A stretch of 64,000 nt of DNA from Pseudomonadota bacterium (GTDB lineage Bacteria > Desulfobacterota > Desulfobulbia > Desulfobulbales > SURF-16), in the NCBI GenBank assembly GCA_018822545.1, contig JAHJKA010000048.1, positions 71,487 to 135,486 of the forward strand, written 5' to 3'. The first letter of the stretch is position 1. Each line of letters opens with the position of its first letter. The notes beneath the pieces are model-generated. The model did not search any database. It was not told the DNA's origin and worked only from the letters and a program-made list of their open reading frames with translations. Of this stretch, positions 21,308 to 30,764 are shown in pieces. A program made the translations under genes and the position numbers.

Positions 21308-22489
21308 TTAGGAGCGGCGCTCTTTCAATTTCTCAATGACCCTTGGCAGGATCTCAAAAAGATCACCAACCACACCGTAATCAGCCACATCAAAGATGGC
21401 AGCCTTAGGATCCCGATTAATGGCGACAATGGTCTCAGAAGACTTCATACCGATTACATGCTGAATCGCCCCGGAGATACCACAGGCCACATACAATTTT
21501 GAGGCCACAGTCTTGCCGGTTTGCCCGACCTGATGAGGATAGCCGATCCAACCGCTGTCAACAGCAGCACGGGTGGCGCCCACGGCACCATCAAGGAGGG
21601 TCGCAAGTTCTTCAACAAGTCTGAACCCTGCAGGATTATCAAGGCCGCGGCCGCCGGAAACAACCACATCCGCCTCACTCAGGTTCAGCTGTTCGCCCTC
21701 GCTAAGCACGGTACGGACAACCCGGGAGCGTGACTTCAGGCGCGCAGGGGCAATAGTTTCAGCAATCACTTCACCTTTACGGCTGGCATCCGGGGTATTG
21801 GCCTTCATGACCATGGGCCGCACCGTGGACATCTGCGGCCGATGTTTTGGACACATGATGGTGGCCATGATATTACCACCAAAGGCTGGCCGGGTCTGAT
21901 GGAGATGACCATCATCGCCAATGGCAAGATTGGTGCAGTCAGCGGTCAAGCCGGTGGAAAGCGAGGTGGCTACTCTGGGAATAAAGGAGCGGCCAATGGC
22001 AGTAGCTCCAGCCAAAATAACCTCAGGTTTATATTTACGGGCCAGATCTTCCAAGGCGTTACCGTAGGCATCATCGGTGAAATTGACCAAGGCCGAATCT
22101 TCAACGACGTAGACCTTGTCAGCACCGGCAGCAATGAGCTGCTGCGGAACATCCCCTGCCTTGCCACAGAGCAATACAGCCGAAAGGGCAACACCGCGCT
22201 GGGCCGCGAGTTCAGTACCAATCCCCAACAATTCCTTGGTAACCTGAGCCACCTTGTCGTTGCGATACTCGGCATAGACCCAAATCCCTTTCCAGGCAGA
22301 CAAATCCACACCTTCTTCATCACGCTCAATGGAAAGTGCTTCCACCTCACAATGATCAACACAGGTACCACACAGGGTACACAACTCATTAACCACTGCC
22401 TTGCCGTCCTCAACATGGATGGCGTCAAATGGACAGTTGTCCTCGCAGAGGCCACATCCAATACAGGCTTCACTATCAATAATCAACAT
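21308..22489 (-). CDS. etfA: Electron transfer flavoprotein alpha subunit with N-terminal 2x[4Fe-4S] ferredoxin domain
   Basis: CIGCGLCEDNCP and CTLCGTCVDHC; TRPAFGGN, QVGQTGK, GISGAIQH. Confidence 0.93.
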   Translation of the reverse strand: MLIIDSEACIGCGLCEDNCPFDAIHVEDGKAVVNELCTLCGTCVDHCEVEALSIERDEEGVDLSAWKGIWVYAEYRNDKVAQVTKELLGIGTELAAQRGVALSAVLLCGKAGDVPQQLIAAGADKVYVVEDSALVNFTDDAYGNALEDLARKYKPEVILAGATAIGRSFIPRVATSLSTGLTADCTNLAIGDDGHLHQTRPAFGGNIMATIMCPKHRPQMSTVRPMVMKANTPDASRKGEVIAETIAPARLKSRSRVVRTVLSEGEQLNLSEADVVVSGGRGLDNPAGFRLVEELATLLDGAVGATRAAVDSGWIGYPHQVGQTGKTVASKLYVACGISGAIQHVIGMKSSETIVAINRDPKAAIFDVADYGVVGDLFEILPRVIEKLKERRS

Positions 22490-22507
22490 AGTACAAGAAC
22501 CGTAAGA

Positions 22508-23296
22508 TTACGCGCCGTGGGCGCTGTCTGATAAAATGTCCGCTAATTGCTCAGCGATCTCATCCAAGCTTCCCTCAAGCATGGTTCGAACTCCCTTGGG
22601 CTCGGGAGGAAACACCTTGACCACCCAGGTAGGCGAACCGCCTAAACCCAGCTGGTCCGGGTCGGCGTCAATGTCCGTAGCAGTGTAGCTGGGTATATCA
22701 AAGGCCTTGGCCTTGCGTAAACCTCTAATCGAAGGGAACCGAGGAACATTGATTTCCTTGACCACAGTAAGAAGGGCAGGCAGATCAATCTCAAGCTCAT
22801 CATAACCGTCATCCATCATCCGTTCGACGCTCATGACCTTATCCTTGACACCGGTTATCTTCTTGACACAGGTAACGTAAGGCATACCAAGCCGCACCGC
22901 CAGTCCAGGACCTACCTGAGCAGTATCACCGTCAGTGGCCTGTTTACCGCAGATGACCAGATCCACATCACCGGTCTTCTTGATGGCCTGGGCCAGAGTA
23001 TAGGTGGTGGCCAGAGTATCAGCGCCGGCAAAGGCCCGATCAGAAACCAAAATAGCATCATCCACGCCGCAGGAAATGGCTTCTTGTAAAATGGCCTTAG
23101 CCTGAGGAGGCCCCATGGAAACCACGGTGACCGTGCCGCCATACTGCTCCTTAAGACGCACTCCCTCTTCCATGGCATGACGGTCATAGGGGTTGATCAC
23201 CGATTTCACGCCTTCTCGAGAGAGGGTGTTTGTCACGGGATCAAGGCGAACATCCTTGGCATCTGGAACTTGTTTTATGCAGACAACAATTCTCAT
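22508..23296 (-). CDS. etfB: Electron transfer flavoprotein beta subunit
   Basis: CIKQVPD, FAGADTLAT, GKQATDGDTAQVGP. Confidence 0.94.
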   Translation of the reverse strand: MRIVVCIKQVPDAKDVRLDPVTNTLSREGVKSVINPYDRHAMEEGVRLKEQYGGTVTVVSMGPPQAKAILQEAISCGVDDAILVSDRAFAGADTLATTYTLAQAIKKTGDVDLVICGKQATDGDTAQVGPGLAVRLGMPYVTCVKKITGVKDKVMSVERMMDDGYDELEIDLPALLTVVKEINVPRFPSIRGLRKAKAFDIPSYTATDIDADPDQLGLGGSPTWVVKVFPPEPKGVRTMLEGSLDEIAEQLADILSDSAHGA

Positions 23297-23371
23297 AGCT
23301 CTTTATCAGAAATTTCTTTTTTTAATTAAGGGCACACAAACATCAAGTTGCCTGCCTCCCGGTGCCACGTA

Positions 23372-24520
23372 TCAGGTATACTCTTTATTGAGCTCCTGGC
23401 CCACGACATTACGCTGAATCTGATTTGTTCCTTCGTAGATCTGGAGAATCTTGGCATCACGCATCATCTTCTCCACCGGATACTCACGCATATAGCCGTA
23501 ACCGGCGAGAACCTGAACCGCATCAACGGTCACCTTCATGGCGACATCGGTAGCCTTGACCTTACACATGGCAGAGGCCTTGGACATATCCTTGGGATGG
23601 GCGTCAATATGACGGGCGGCGACATACACCAGGGCGCGGGCCGCTTCAGTTTCAATGGCCATATCAGCCAACATATGCTGAACAGCCTGAAAGGCGATAA
23701 TAGGCTTGCCAAACTGATAACGTCCCTTAGCATACGTTACAGACTCATCAAGGGCAGCCTGGGCCAGGCCAACACCAAGGCTTGCGATACCGGGTCTGGA
23801 CTTATCAAGGGTCTTCATGACGGTGATAAAACCCGTGCCCTGACGACCAATCATCCGGTCTTTTGGGATACGGCAATCCTTAAAGATGAGCTCGGTGGTG
23901 GCGGAGCAGCGGATGCCCATCTTCTTTTCCTTGGGACCACAGGAAAAGCCGGGATCATCAGACTCGACCACAAACATGGAGGCACCACGAGGGCCCTTAG
24001 TGGGATCGGTAATAGCGATAACTGTATAAAGATGGGCCTGACCACCATTGGTGATCCACTGCTTGGTACCGTTCAACACCCACTCATCACCATCTAAGAC
24101 GGCGGTGGTCTGGATACCTCCGGCATCACTCCCGGCATTAGACTCCGTAAGGGCAAAGGCAGCCCGTTTTTTGCCTGAGGCAATATCGGGCAGATACTTT
24201 GATTTCAGTTCATGACTGCCGCCGACAACAATGGGGTAGGCGCCAAGAGCACTCGCCGCATAGGCTGTGGCGATAGCCACACAACCGCGACCAATCTGCT
24301 CCAAGGCCAAAACCAAGTCATAACAACCACCACCGAGTCCCCCGTATTCAACAGGTACGAAAAGGGCAAAAAAATCGGATTTCGCCAGGGTCTCGACAAT
24401 ATCAAGAGGATACTCCTCTGTTTCGTCATACCTCGCCCGATTGGGGATAATCATCTCGTCAGTAATCTGTCTAGCCAGATCGACAATCATCTGCTGATCT
24501 TCGGTCAGGAAATGATCCAC
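23372..24520 (-). CDS. Acyl-CoA dehydrogenase family flavoprotein
   Basis: FALTE..AGSD, LNGTK.WITN, R.QFGKPI, IYEGTNQIQR with catalytic Glu. Confidence 0.93.
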   Translation of the reverse strand: MDHFLTEDQQMIVDLARQITDEMIIPNRARYDETEEYPLDIVETLAKSDFFALFVPVEYGGLGGGCYDLVLALEQIGRGCVAIATAYAASALGAYPIVVGGSHELKSKYLPDIASGKKRAAFALTESNAGSDAGGIQTTAVLDGDEWVLNGTKQWITNGGQAHLYTVIAITDPTKGPRGASMFVVESDDPGFSCGPKEKKMGIRCSATTELIFKDCRIPKDRMIGRQGTGFITVMKTLDKSRPGIASLGVGLAQAALDESVTYAKGRYQFGKPIIAFQAVQHMLADMAIETEAARALVYVAARHIDAHPKDMSKASAMCKVKATDVAMKVTVDAVQVLAGYGYMREYPVEKMMRDAKILQIYEGTNQIQRNVVGQELNKEYT

Positions 24521-24570
24521 TCTTTACACCTTTATCTCGTATTTATAAAAGAGACTCTCAATCAAGAGAC

Positions 24571-25554
24571 TCACTGCCATTTAATTAATGTTGCACCCCA
24601 GGTGAAACCACCACCAAAGGCACATAAAACTATATACTCACCTGACTGCAGAAGCCCTTCACGATTGGCCTCATCAAGGGCCAGAGGAATAGTAGCCGCC
24701 GATGTATTACCATACTTGGAAACATTAATGTAGACTTTTTCCGCATCGACACCGAGCTTTTGGGTCAACTTGTTGATGATGCGGATATTTGCCTGATGTG
24801 GCACAATAAGACTCACTTCGCCAATATCCACCCCGGCCTGACCAAGCACCACTCGCACAGCATTTTCCATGGCGTTGACGGCATATTTAAAAACATCCTT
24901 GCCAACCATCTTTATAAAGGATCCCTGATACTCACCGTTATTCAGGGCAGGATTGAGGCTCTGGGCACCGTCCATATAAAGAAGATTATGAAGGGACCCA
25001 TCAGAAAACAGCTTTTCGGCGATAAGGCCGTCGCCCAATTCACTGCTGCCGAGAACCACGGCCCCTGCGGCATCACCAAAGAGGACGCAGGTATTGAGAT
25101 CCTGCCAGTCCACTCTGGTGGAAAGAGTTTCGGCGCCAATCACCAGAATCTTGAGCTGTGGATTAACCAAAATATGTTTTTCTGCCACGCTCAAGGCGTA
25201 TAAAAACCCAGAACAAGCAGCATTGACATCAAAGGCAAAGGCATTGACCGCACCTATCTCATTCTGGACCAGACAGGCACAGGAAGGCATGGTCATCTCA
25301 GCACTGACCGTAGCGACAATAAGGATATCAATCTCAGAAGGGGCAAGACCGGCGGCCACAAGAGCATTTTCAGCGGCCCGGCTGGCCAAAACTGATGTAT
25401 ACTCCCCAGCCCCTGAAATATGGCGATTTTTTATACCAGTACGAGTGGTAATCCACTCATCGGAGGTATCCACCATCTTCTCCAGATCCTCATTGGAGAG
25501 CGTCCTGTCTGGCACATAGGAACCCGTAGCCAGTATGGATGCCCGCAAGCTCAT
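24571..25554 (-). CDS. fabH: Beta-ketoacyl-ACP synthase III
   Basis: NAACSGF, PHQAN, GNTSAA catalytic triad. Confidence 0.96.
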   Translation of the reverse strand: MSLRASILATGSYVPDRTLSNEDLEKMVDTSDEWITTRTGIKNRHISGAGEYTSVLASRAAENALVAAGLAPSEIDILIVATVSAEMTMPSCACLVQNEIGAVNAFAFDVNAACSGFLYALSVAEKHILVNPQLKILVIGAETLSTRVDWQDLNTCVLFGDAAGAVVLGSSELGDGLIAEKLFSDGSLHNLLYMDGAQSLNPALNNGEYQGSFIKMVGKDVFKYAVNAMENAVRVVLGQAGVDIGEVSLIVPHQANIRIINKLTQKLGVDAEKVYINVSKYGNTSAATIPLALDEANREGLLQSGEYIVLCAFGGGFTWGATLIKWQ

Positions 25555-26576
25555 TGCTCATCCTCCAGATCTGAAGAACTCAAGCCTGCCTCATCCAGGG
25601 CTAGGTTAGCCAGGATATGATCATTGACTCGGTTGGAAGCCAACTCACCGGCAACCAGGATGGCATTCTTGATAGCCTTGGCGTTTGAACGTCCATGGCA
25701 GATAATCCCTGTACCATTAAGACCAAGAAGTGGCGCACCGCCATACTCGGCATAATCAACCCGCTTCTTGAAGTTGCCGAAGGCCTGTTTGGCCAAAAAA
25801 TATCCCATTTTAGCCTTAAAAGTCTTGGCTATCTCATCGCGGAGCATGAGAAGAACCGCTTCTGACAAACCTTCGCTCAGCTTAAGGCAGACATTCCCCA
25901 CAAAACCGTCACAAACGATAACATCAACATCTCCCTGAAAGGTATCACGTCCTTCAACATTGCCGATGAAATTAAGATTGCTGGCGGCCAGGAGTTCGTG
26001 GGTTTTTTTGACAAGCACATTGCCCTTGCTCCCCTCCTCGCCAATGCTAAGCAGTCCGACCCTGGGCTCGGGTATCCCGAACATAATCTTGGAAAAGGCG
26101 GAGGCCATAACCCCGAACTGATAAAGATGCTTTGGCCGACAATCGACATTGGCGCCTACATCCGCCATTACAACCGGACCTTTCAAGGTGGGTAAAACCG
26201 AGGCAATGGCCGGACGACTGATATCCTTGAGACGCCCAAGAAATTTAATGGCCGCAGCCATCACTGCCCCAGAATTGCCAGCGCTGACAACAGCATCAAC
26301 CTCTTTATTCTTGAGAAGCTCAAAGGCGCGTACCATTGAGGAATCTTTCTTTTTGCGAATGGCATCCATAGGGCTGTCCCCCATGGTTACCACCTGAGTT
26401 GTGGGGAATATAGATATGAGAGGATCCTGCCGCCGCAATGCAAGGGCAGAAGAGATCGCTTCTTCATCACCTACCAAGGTGATCTTGATAGAACTTTCAC
26501 GAAGTGCCTGGAGAGCGCCCGAGACAAGCTCGTCAGCACCCCGGTCACTACCCATGACATCAAGAGCGATATGCAC
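25551..26576 (-). CDS. plsX: Phosphate acyltransferase PlsX
   Basis: IALD.MG.D, SAGNSGA, DGFVGN, GGAPLLG. Confidence 0.96.
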   Translation of the reverse strand: MHIALDVMGSDRGADELVSGALQALRESSIKITLVGDEEAISSALALRRQDPLISIFPTTQVVTMGDSPMDAIRKKKDSSMVRAFELLKNKEVDAVVSAGNSGAVMAAAIKFLGRLKDISRPAIASVLPTLKGPVVMADVGANVDCRPKHLYQFGVMASAFSKIMFGIPEPRVGLLSIGEEGSKGNVLVKKTHELLAASNLNFIGNVEGRDTFQGDVDVIVCDGFVGNVCLKLSEGLSEAVLLMLRDEIAKTFKAKMGYFLAKQAFGNFKKRVDYAEYGGAPLLGLNGTGIICHGRSNAKAIKNAILVAGELASNRVNDHILANLALDEAGLSSSDLEDEQ

Positions 26577-26860
26577 GTGAACTCACCACAATGAGAAAAC
26601 TTTTAAAGGTCAAGCAAACAGCTCCACTCTGTGACGTTCCCAAGAGCTGCAACCTGCCTCCTGAAACTTTACAGGGGGCCAAAATGTTTGCTTCACCAAC
26701 GGCAAAGGAAACAAACTAACTGCTGGAGGAACTTAAAGAAATAGCTAATACTGTAACAATTACAATGCAGGGCAGAAAGTAACCCTAAATAGAGAGCAGC
26801 ACAAGTCAAAACAGGTGGTTAGACCATTTTTCTTGCCTGAAAAGGAATGGTACGAGAAGA

Positions 26861-26893
26861 AATCCCTGAAGACCAAAATGATCTTCAGGGATT
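26861..26893 (-). terminator. Probable terminator after rpmF
   Basis: 12-bp inverted repeat AATCCCTGAAGA / TCTTCAGGGATT. Confidence 0.6.
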
Positions 26894-26919
26894 AAAGCAA
26901 ATGTCTTGGCGCAAACAAC

Positions 26920-27108
26920 CTACTCGAAATTTTCGTCAAGTTTTATAACTGCACGTCCTTTATAGGTTCCGCAGCTACCGCAGAGACGATGTGGCATCTT
27001 AGGCTCGCCACACTCACTACAGGAACCAACCTTGGGGGCAGTAAGGGCATGATGGGAACGTCCCATATGTGTCTTTGAATAAGATTTTCTTCTTTTTGGT
27101 AAGGCCAT
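26920..27108 (-). CDS. rpmF: 50S ribosomal protein L32 (Zn-binding form)
   Basis: MALPKRRKS, CSECG..K.PHRLCGSCG.Y. Confidence 0.95.
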   Translation of the reverse strand: MALPKRRKSYSKTHMGRSHHALTAPKVGSCSECGEPKMPHRLCGSCGTYKGRAVIKLDENFE

Positions 27109-27343
27109 TGTATATTCTCCGTAACGGAATGATCGAACGTAGTTAAAAGGCATTCAGCCCATTGTACTTCTTTTTCAAAGCCAGACTTACGCTTGACAGA
27201 AACAAGCTTACAGCTTAGCTGCTCTACTATTAAAGATAACTGGAAAGCGAAACAAATTAAAAAAAAGTGCTAAATATGTCAAGCTTTTTATAACAAAGAA
27301 AAATTTAGATTTGAAATCTACCCTTCATTTCTCAAATGCAACC

Positions 27344-27799
27344 CTAGAGTAACTGGGCCAACCTGGCGCTTGATTTCTGGAGCCGGGCGCCTAAGACCCG
27401 AATAATCTTTTTGAGTAATTTGACCGCCAGTAATGGATTCGCCTCAAGAAGCTGCTGCGCCTTGGAATGGGTAAGAAGGAGAATTTCACTCTCCTCCATA
27501 GCAACCACCGTGGCAGTCCGTGGATTTTCTTCCACCACGGAGATTTCACCGACCAAGGACCCACTTTCCAGAATTGCCACCAACACAAACTTGCCCGGGA
27601 AGCTGGTCTCCTTTTTGATGGCCAGCTTGCCTGTCAACAAAAACCCCATAAAATCACCGGGGTCGCCCTGCCGAATAAAAACCTCGTCCTTAGCGCATTT
27701 TTTATATTCCAAAAACGAACAGAGGATCTTGCACTCCTCAGGCAGGAGATAGGGGAAACTCTTGGCAAGGGCAACATCACTGACCAAACGGCAACCCAT
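27344..27799 (-). CDS. Stand-alone cyclic nucleotide-binding domain protein
   Basis: QGDPGD, GEISVVEENPRTATV phosphate-binding cassette; no HTH seen. Confidence 0.88.
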   Translation of the reverse strand: MGCRLVSDVALAKSFPYLLPEECKILCSFLEYKKCAKDEVFIRQGDPGDFMGFLLTGKLAIKKETSFPGKFVLVAILESGSLVGEISVVEENPRTATVVAMEESEILLLTHSKAQQLLEANPLLAVKLLKKIIRVLGARLQKSSARLAQLL

Positions 27800-27800
27800 A

Positions 27801-28448
27801 TCAGCTTATCTCCTTACTGGCGTTTGCAGAGCTTTTAGATTCTGCAATTTTCTCTTCGAGCCGGTGCACCAACTCCTCATATCCTTCTTTCTGGATAACG
27901 CTGATAAACTGACTTCGGTAATTACTTACCAGACTGACGCCCTCAATGACCACATCATAGACAAACCATTGGTTATCCTTCTGGTACATCTTATAGGCGG
28001 CAGAAATCTCCCGCCCCTGCTGAGTCACCAGAGAGTTGACCACCGCCTTATCACCGCGGATAAGAACCTTGTCGAAAACAACTTTATAACTGCCATCTGA
28101 GTATGTTTTCAGTCTTTCGACATAGGTATCTTTTAAAATCTCCTTGAAGAGCGTGACGAATTTTTCCTGTTCAACACTCGACCTTTCGTTCCATGTTTGG
28201 GCAAGGGCACGCTTAGCCATCTCCGCAAAATCAAAACGGCCGGCAACCTCTTCCGAAACCATTTCACGGCGCTCCTGCCAATGATCATCACCGGCCAGAG
28301 CGGGCTCAGTGAGAATCTCCATGACATTTTCGACAGTTGCCTGCATGGTAGATTGGGGATCATTGGCCCAGGCCAAACCTCCGTGAACAAAAAGACAAGC
28401 ACACACCAGTAGAACCTGAAGTCCCAGTATTTTATTATTTCTGTCCAT
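27801..28448 (-). CDS. mlaC: MlaC/Ttg2D phospholipid shuttle
   Basis: Signal peptide; FDF.EMAKRAL; YDVVIEGVSLVSNYRSQF. Confidence 0.92.
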   Translation of the reverse strand: MDRNNKILGLQVLLVCACLFVHGGLAWANDPQSTMQATVENVMEILTEPALAGDDHWQERREMVSEEVAGRFDFAEMAKRALAQTWNERSSVEQEKFVTLFKEILKDTYVERLKTYSDGSYKVVFDKVLIRGDKAVVNSLVTQQGREISAAYKMYQKDNQWFVYDVVIEGVSLVSNYRSQFISVIQKEGYEELVHRLEEKIAESKSSANASKEIS

Positions 28449-29481
28449 GTCGTTCTGTCACCATAGCCACCTGCTGCCCCAAAGCACTCTGTTCATCCAA
28501 CACAACCAGATACATGGCGCGCCCCTGCTTTTGGGTACGGTTGACCGATGCCTGCGCCCCCGTTTTTTCCAGACATTGTTTATATTTTCGCGCCCCTGCC
28601 AGGTTACGAAACGTCGCATTACTATATTGCGACGGACATTGCTCCTGGTAAGCGACTGCCCCACTTCCGGGCTCCGTCCCCATATCCTGAGAGCCAGCAG
28701 AACCAGCGCTGGCCACAAGACTGCGCCGATGCTGGTAGTAAATGTCCCGAAGTGAAATATAGGGATCAAAGGCGTCAGCGACAAGCCCTTCATAATCTTT
28801 ACCATGCAAGGTTGCCGCATTCTCAATCTTCAACGCTGTCAGACCGGCATTAGTTCCCGGCTCGGCCGCAAAAATATACTGCAGAGGATTTAGGAAATAA
28901 TCACCTGCCATCCCTACGGTATCCCGAGCCGTGGATGGCCCCAGCAAGGGCCAGCAGATATAGATACCCTCGCCAACCCCATAAAACCCAAGGGTTTGGC
29001 CCAGATCCTCATCAGCCTTGTCCAGGCCGAAGGACTCGGCCGCCGGATCCCCCAACCCACCAGCACCCAAAACAGTATTAATGGCAAAACGGGCCAGCTC
29101 GGTTCCAGTTTGCTTAAACTTGCCCTGCAGGAGATTATTTACCACTCGAACCGGCGCCAGAACATTATGAAAAGCAGCGCTGACACAGCCCCGGAGCGCC
29201 TCGTCGGCAAACACAGCAGTGTACACCTTGCCCACTGGCTTCAGAACCCAGAAATAAAGCCTGTCATTAAAAACAAAAAAAATCCTATTGACCGGCTCCA
29301 AAGGGTCATAAACCACGATCGCGTCCTTCTCTGTAAACTCATCGTCAAACAGAGCTTCCAGATCGCCATCAGCAGCGTGAAGAGAACTGACCAGAGGCAT
29401 GACGACAATAACAGCAGCAAGCAGCCCCCGTTTGCAAAAAGTACCGAAAGAGATCACTGAGTTACACCTTGCCAAAGACAA
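28435..29481 (-). CDS. mlaA: MlaA/VacJ family protein with C-terminal extension
   Basis: DPLEP.NR..F.FN, NNLLQG, RF.INT..G.GG, EDLGQTLG, GPST.RD, DPY...RD.Y.Q.R. Confidence 0.9.
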   Translation of the reverse strand: MSLARCNSVISFGTFCKRGLLAAVIVVMPLVSSLHAADGDLEALFDDEFTEKDAIVVYDPLEPVNRIFFVFNDRLYFWVLKPVGKVYTAVFADEALRGCVSAAFHNVLAPVRVVNNLLQGKFKQTGTELARFAINTVLGAGGLGDPAAESFGLDKADEDLGQTLGFYGVGEGIYICWPLLGPSTARDTVGMAGDYFLNPLQYIFAAEPGTNAGLTALKIENAATLHGKDYEGLVADAFDPYISLRDIYYQHRRSLVASAGSAGSQDMGTEPGSGAVAYQEQCPSQYSNATFRNLAGARKYKQCLEKTGAQASVNRTQKQGRAMYLVVLDEQSALGQQVAMVTERHGQK

Positions 29482-29908
29482 ATTGACTGATCAAATCTTC
29501 CAGGTCGATGGCTGACTCGGTCTCAAAGAGCAGCTCACCCTCCTTGATAATATTATCTGACCCCCCCTGACTGATCTTGATAAATTTATCGCCAATGATT
29601 CCCTGAGTCTTGATGGAGGCAATGGCATCATCAGTGAGTTTCACCTTTTTTTGCAGATAGAGGTCAACATGGGCCATATTGTCCTTGGACAGCTCAATGC
29701 CGGACACCTTACCAATGACCACGCCGGCCATGGAGACATTAGCGCCAACTTTCAAGCCGGAAACATTATCGAATTCAGCGGTAATCGTATAATACTTGCC
29801 AGACTCAAAGAGGGAAAACTCCCCAAATTGCGTTGTCATATAGGCAAATGCTCCAAATCCAACCAACAGGAAGAGGCCAACGATAAAATCAAAACGCGTT
29901 TTTCTCAT
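29462..29908 (-). CDS. mlaD: MlaD (MCE domain)
   Basis: N-terminal TM; F.NVSGLKVGA.V..AGV.IG.V; T.GIIGDKFI. Confidence 0.93.
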   Translation of the reverse strand: MRKTRFDFIVGLFLLVGFGAFAYMTTQFGEFSLFESGKYYTITAEFDNVSGLKVGANVSMAGVVIGKVSGIELSKDNMAHVDLYLQKKVKLTDDAIASIKTQGIIGDKFIKISQGGSDNIIKEGELLFETESAIDLEDLISQFVFGKV

Positions 29909-29996
29909 AAATGGCTACCAGTGTCTATGAATCGTGATGCTGATCCAGGGAAACGTACTCTTATATTTTTAATGACTCGCACAAAAACAGGCGAAA

Positions 29997-30764
29997 TCAT
30001 TCAAGCTCCTCAGAACTCGAATAGACATCGCCCATGGTTTGCTCAACAAATTCCATAATGTTTGGATCCTCAGAGTGCTGAATATCTTCCGGATGTTCAA
30101 ATACCGTCATCGTACCGTCATTTAAAATCACCACCTGATCGGCAAGATTAAAAACCTTGGGGATATCATGGCTGACAATGATGGACGTAAAGCCAAACTC
30201 CTTCTGGGTCCTGAAGAAAAGACGGTAGATATCCATGGTAATCTGCGGATCAAGGCCTGTGGTCGGCTCATCGAAAAGGACGATATCCGGTTTGAGCATG
30301 GTAGCCCGGGCAAGTCCCACCCTTTTCTTCATGCCGCCTGAAAGCTGGGCCGGAAATTTATCGCCATGCCCTGTCAAATCAAACTGGGCCAAAGCCCCTT
30401 CCACCCTGCTGATCAATTCTTCATCCTTAATTTTCGTGCGTTCACGAAGAGGAAGGGCGACATTCTCCCACACGGTCATGGAGTCAAGAAGAGCCGAGCC
30501 CTGAAACAAAACCCCAAATTTTGCCCGTACCTGATCAAGCTCTTTGCGGCTCAGCTTACCCACGTCACAACCATCCACGAGAATTTGGCCACTGTCAGGG
30601 GCCATGAGGCCCAGGATCAGCTTAAGGGAAACACTTTTCCCTTGGCCACTGCCGCCGGCAATGACCGTGGTTTTTCCCGCCAAGAACTCAACATTGACAT
30701 GATCAAGAACCACCTGATCACCGAACTTCTTGACCACGTCCACAAAACGTATGGCAGGCTTCAT
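29997..30764 (-). CDS. mlaF: MlaF ABC ATPase
   Basis: GGSGQGKS, LSGGMKKRVGLARA, DEPTTGLDP; start ATG 30764 overlaps the mlaE stop. Confidence 0.92.
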   Translation of the reverse strand: MKPAIRFVDVVKKFGDQVVLDHVNVEFLAGKTTVIAGGSGQGKSVSLKLILGLMAPDSGQILVDGCDVGKLSRKELDQVRAKFGVLFQGSALLDSMTVWENVALPLRERTKIKDEELISRVEGALAQFDLTGHGDKFPAQLSGGMKKRVGLARATMLKPDIVLFDEPTTGLDPQITMDIYRLFFRTQKEFGFTSIIVSHDIPKVFNLADQVVILNDGTMTVFEHPEDIQHSEDPNIMEFVEQTMGDVYSSSEELE

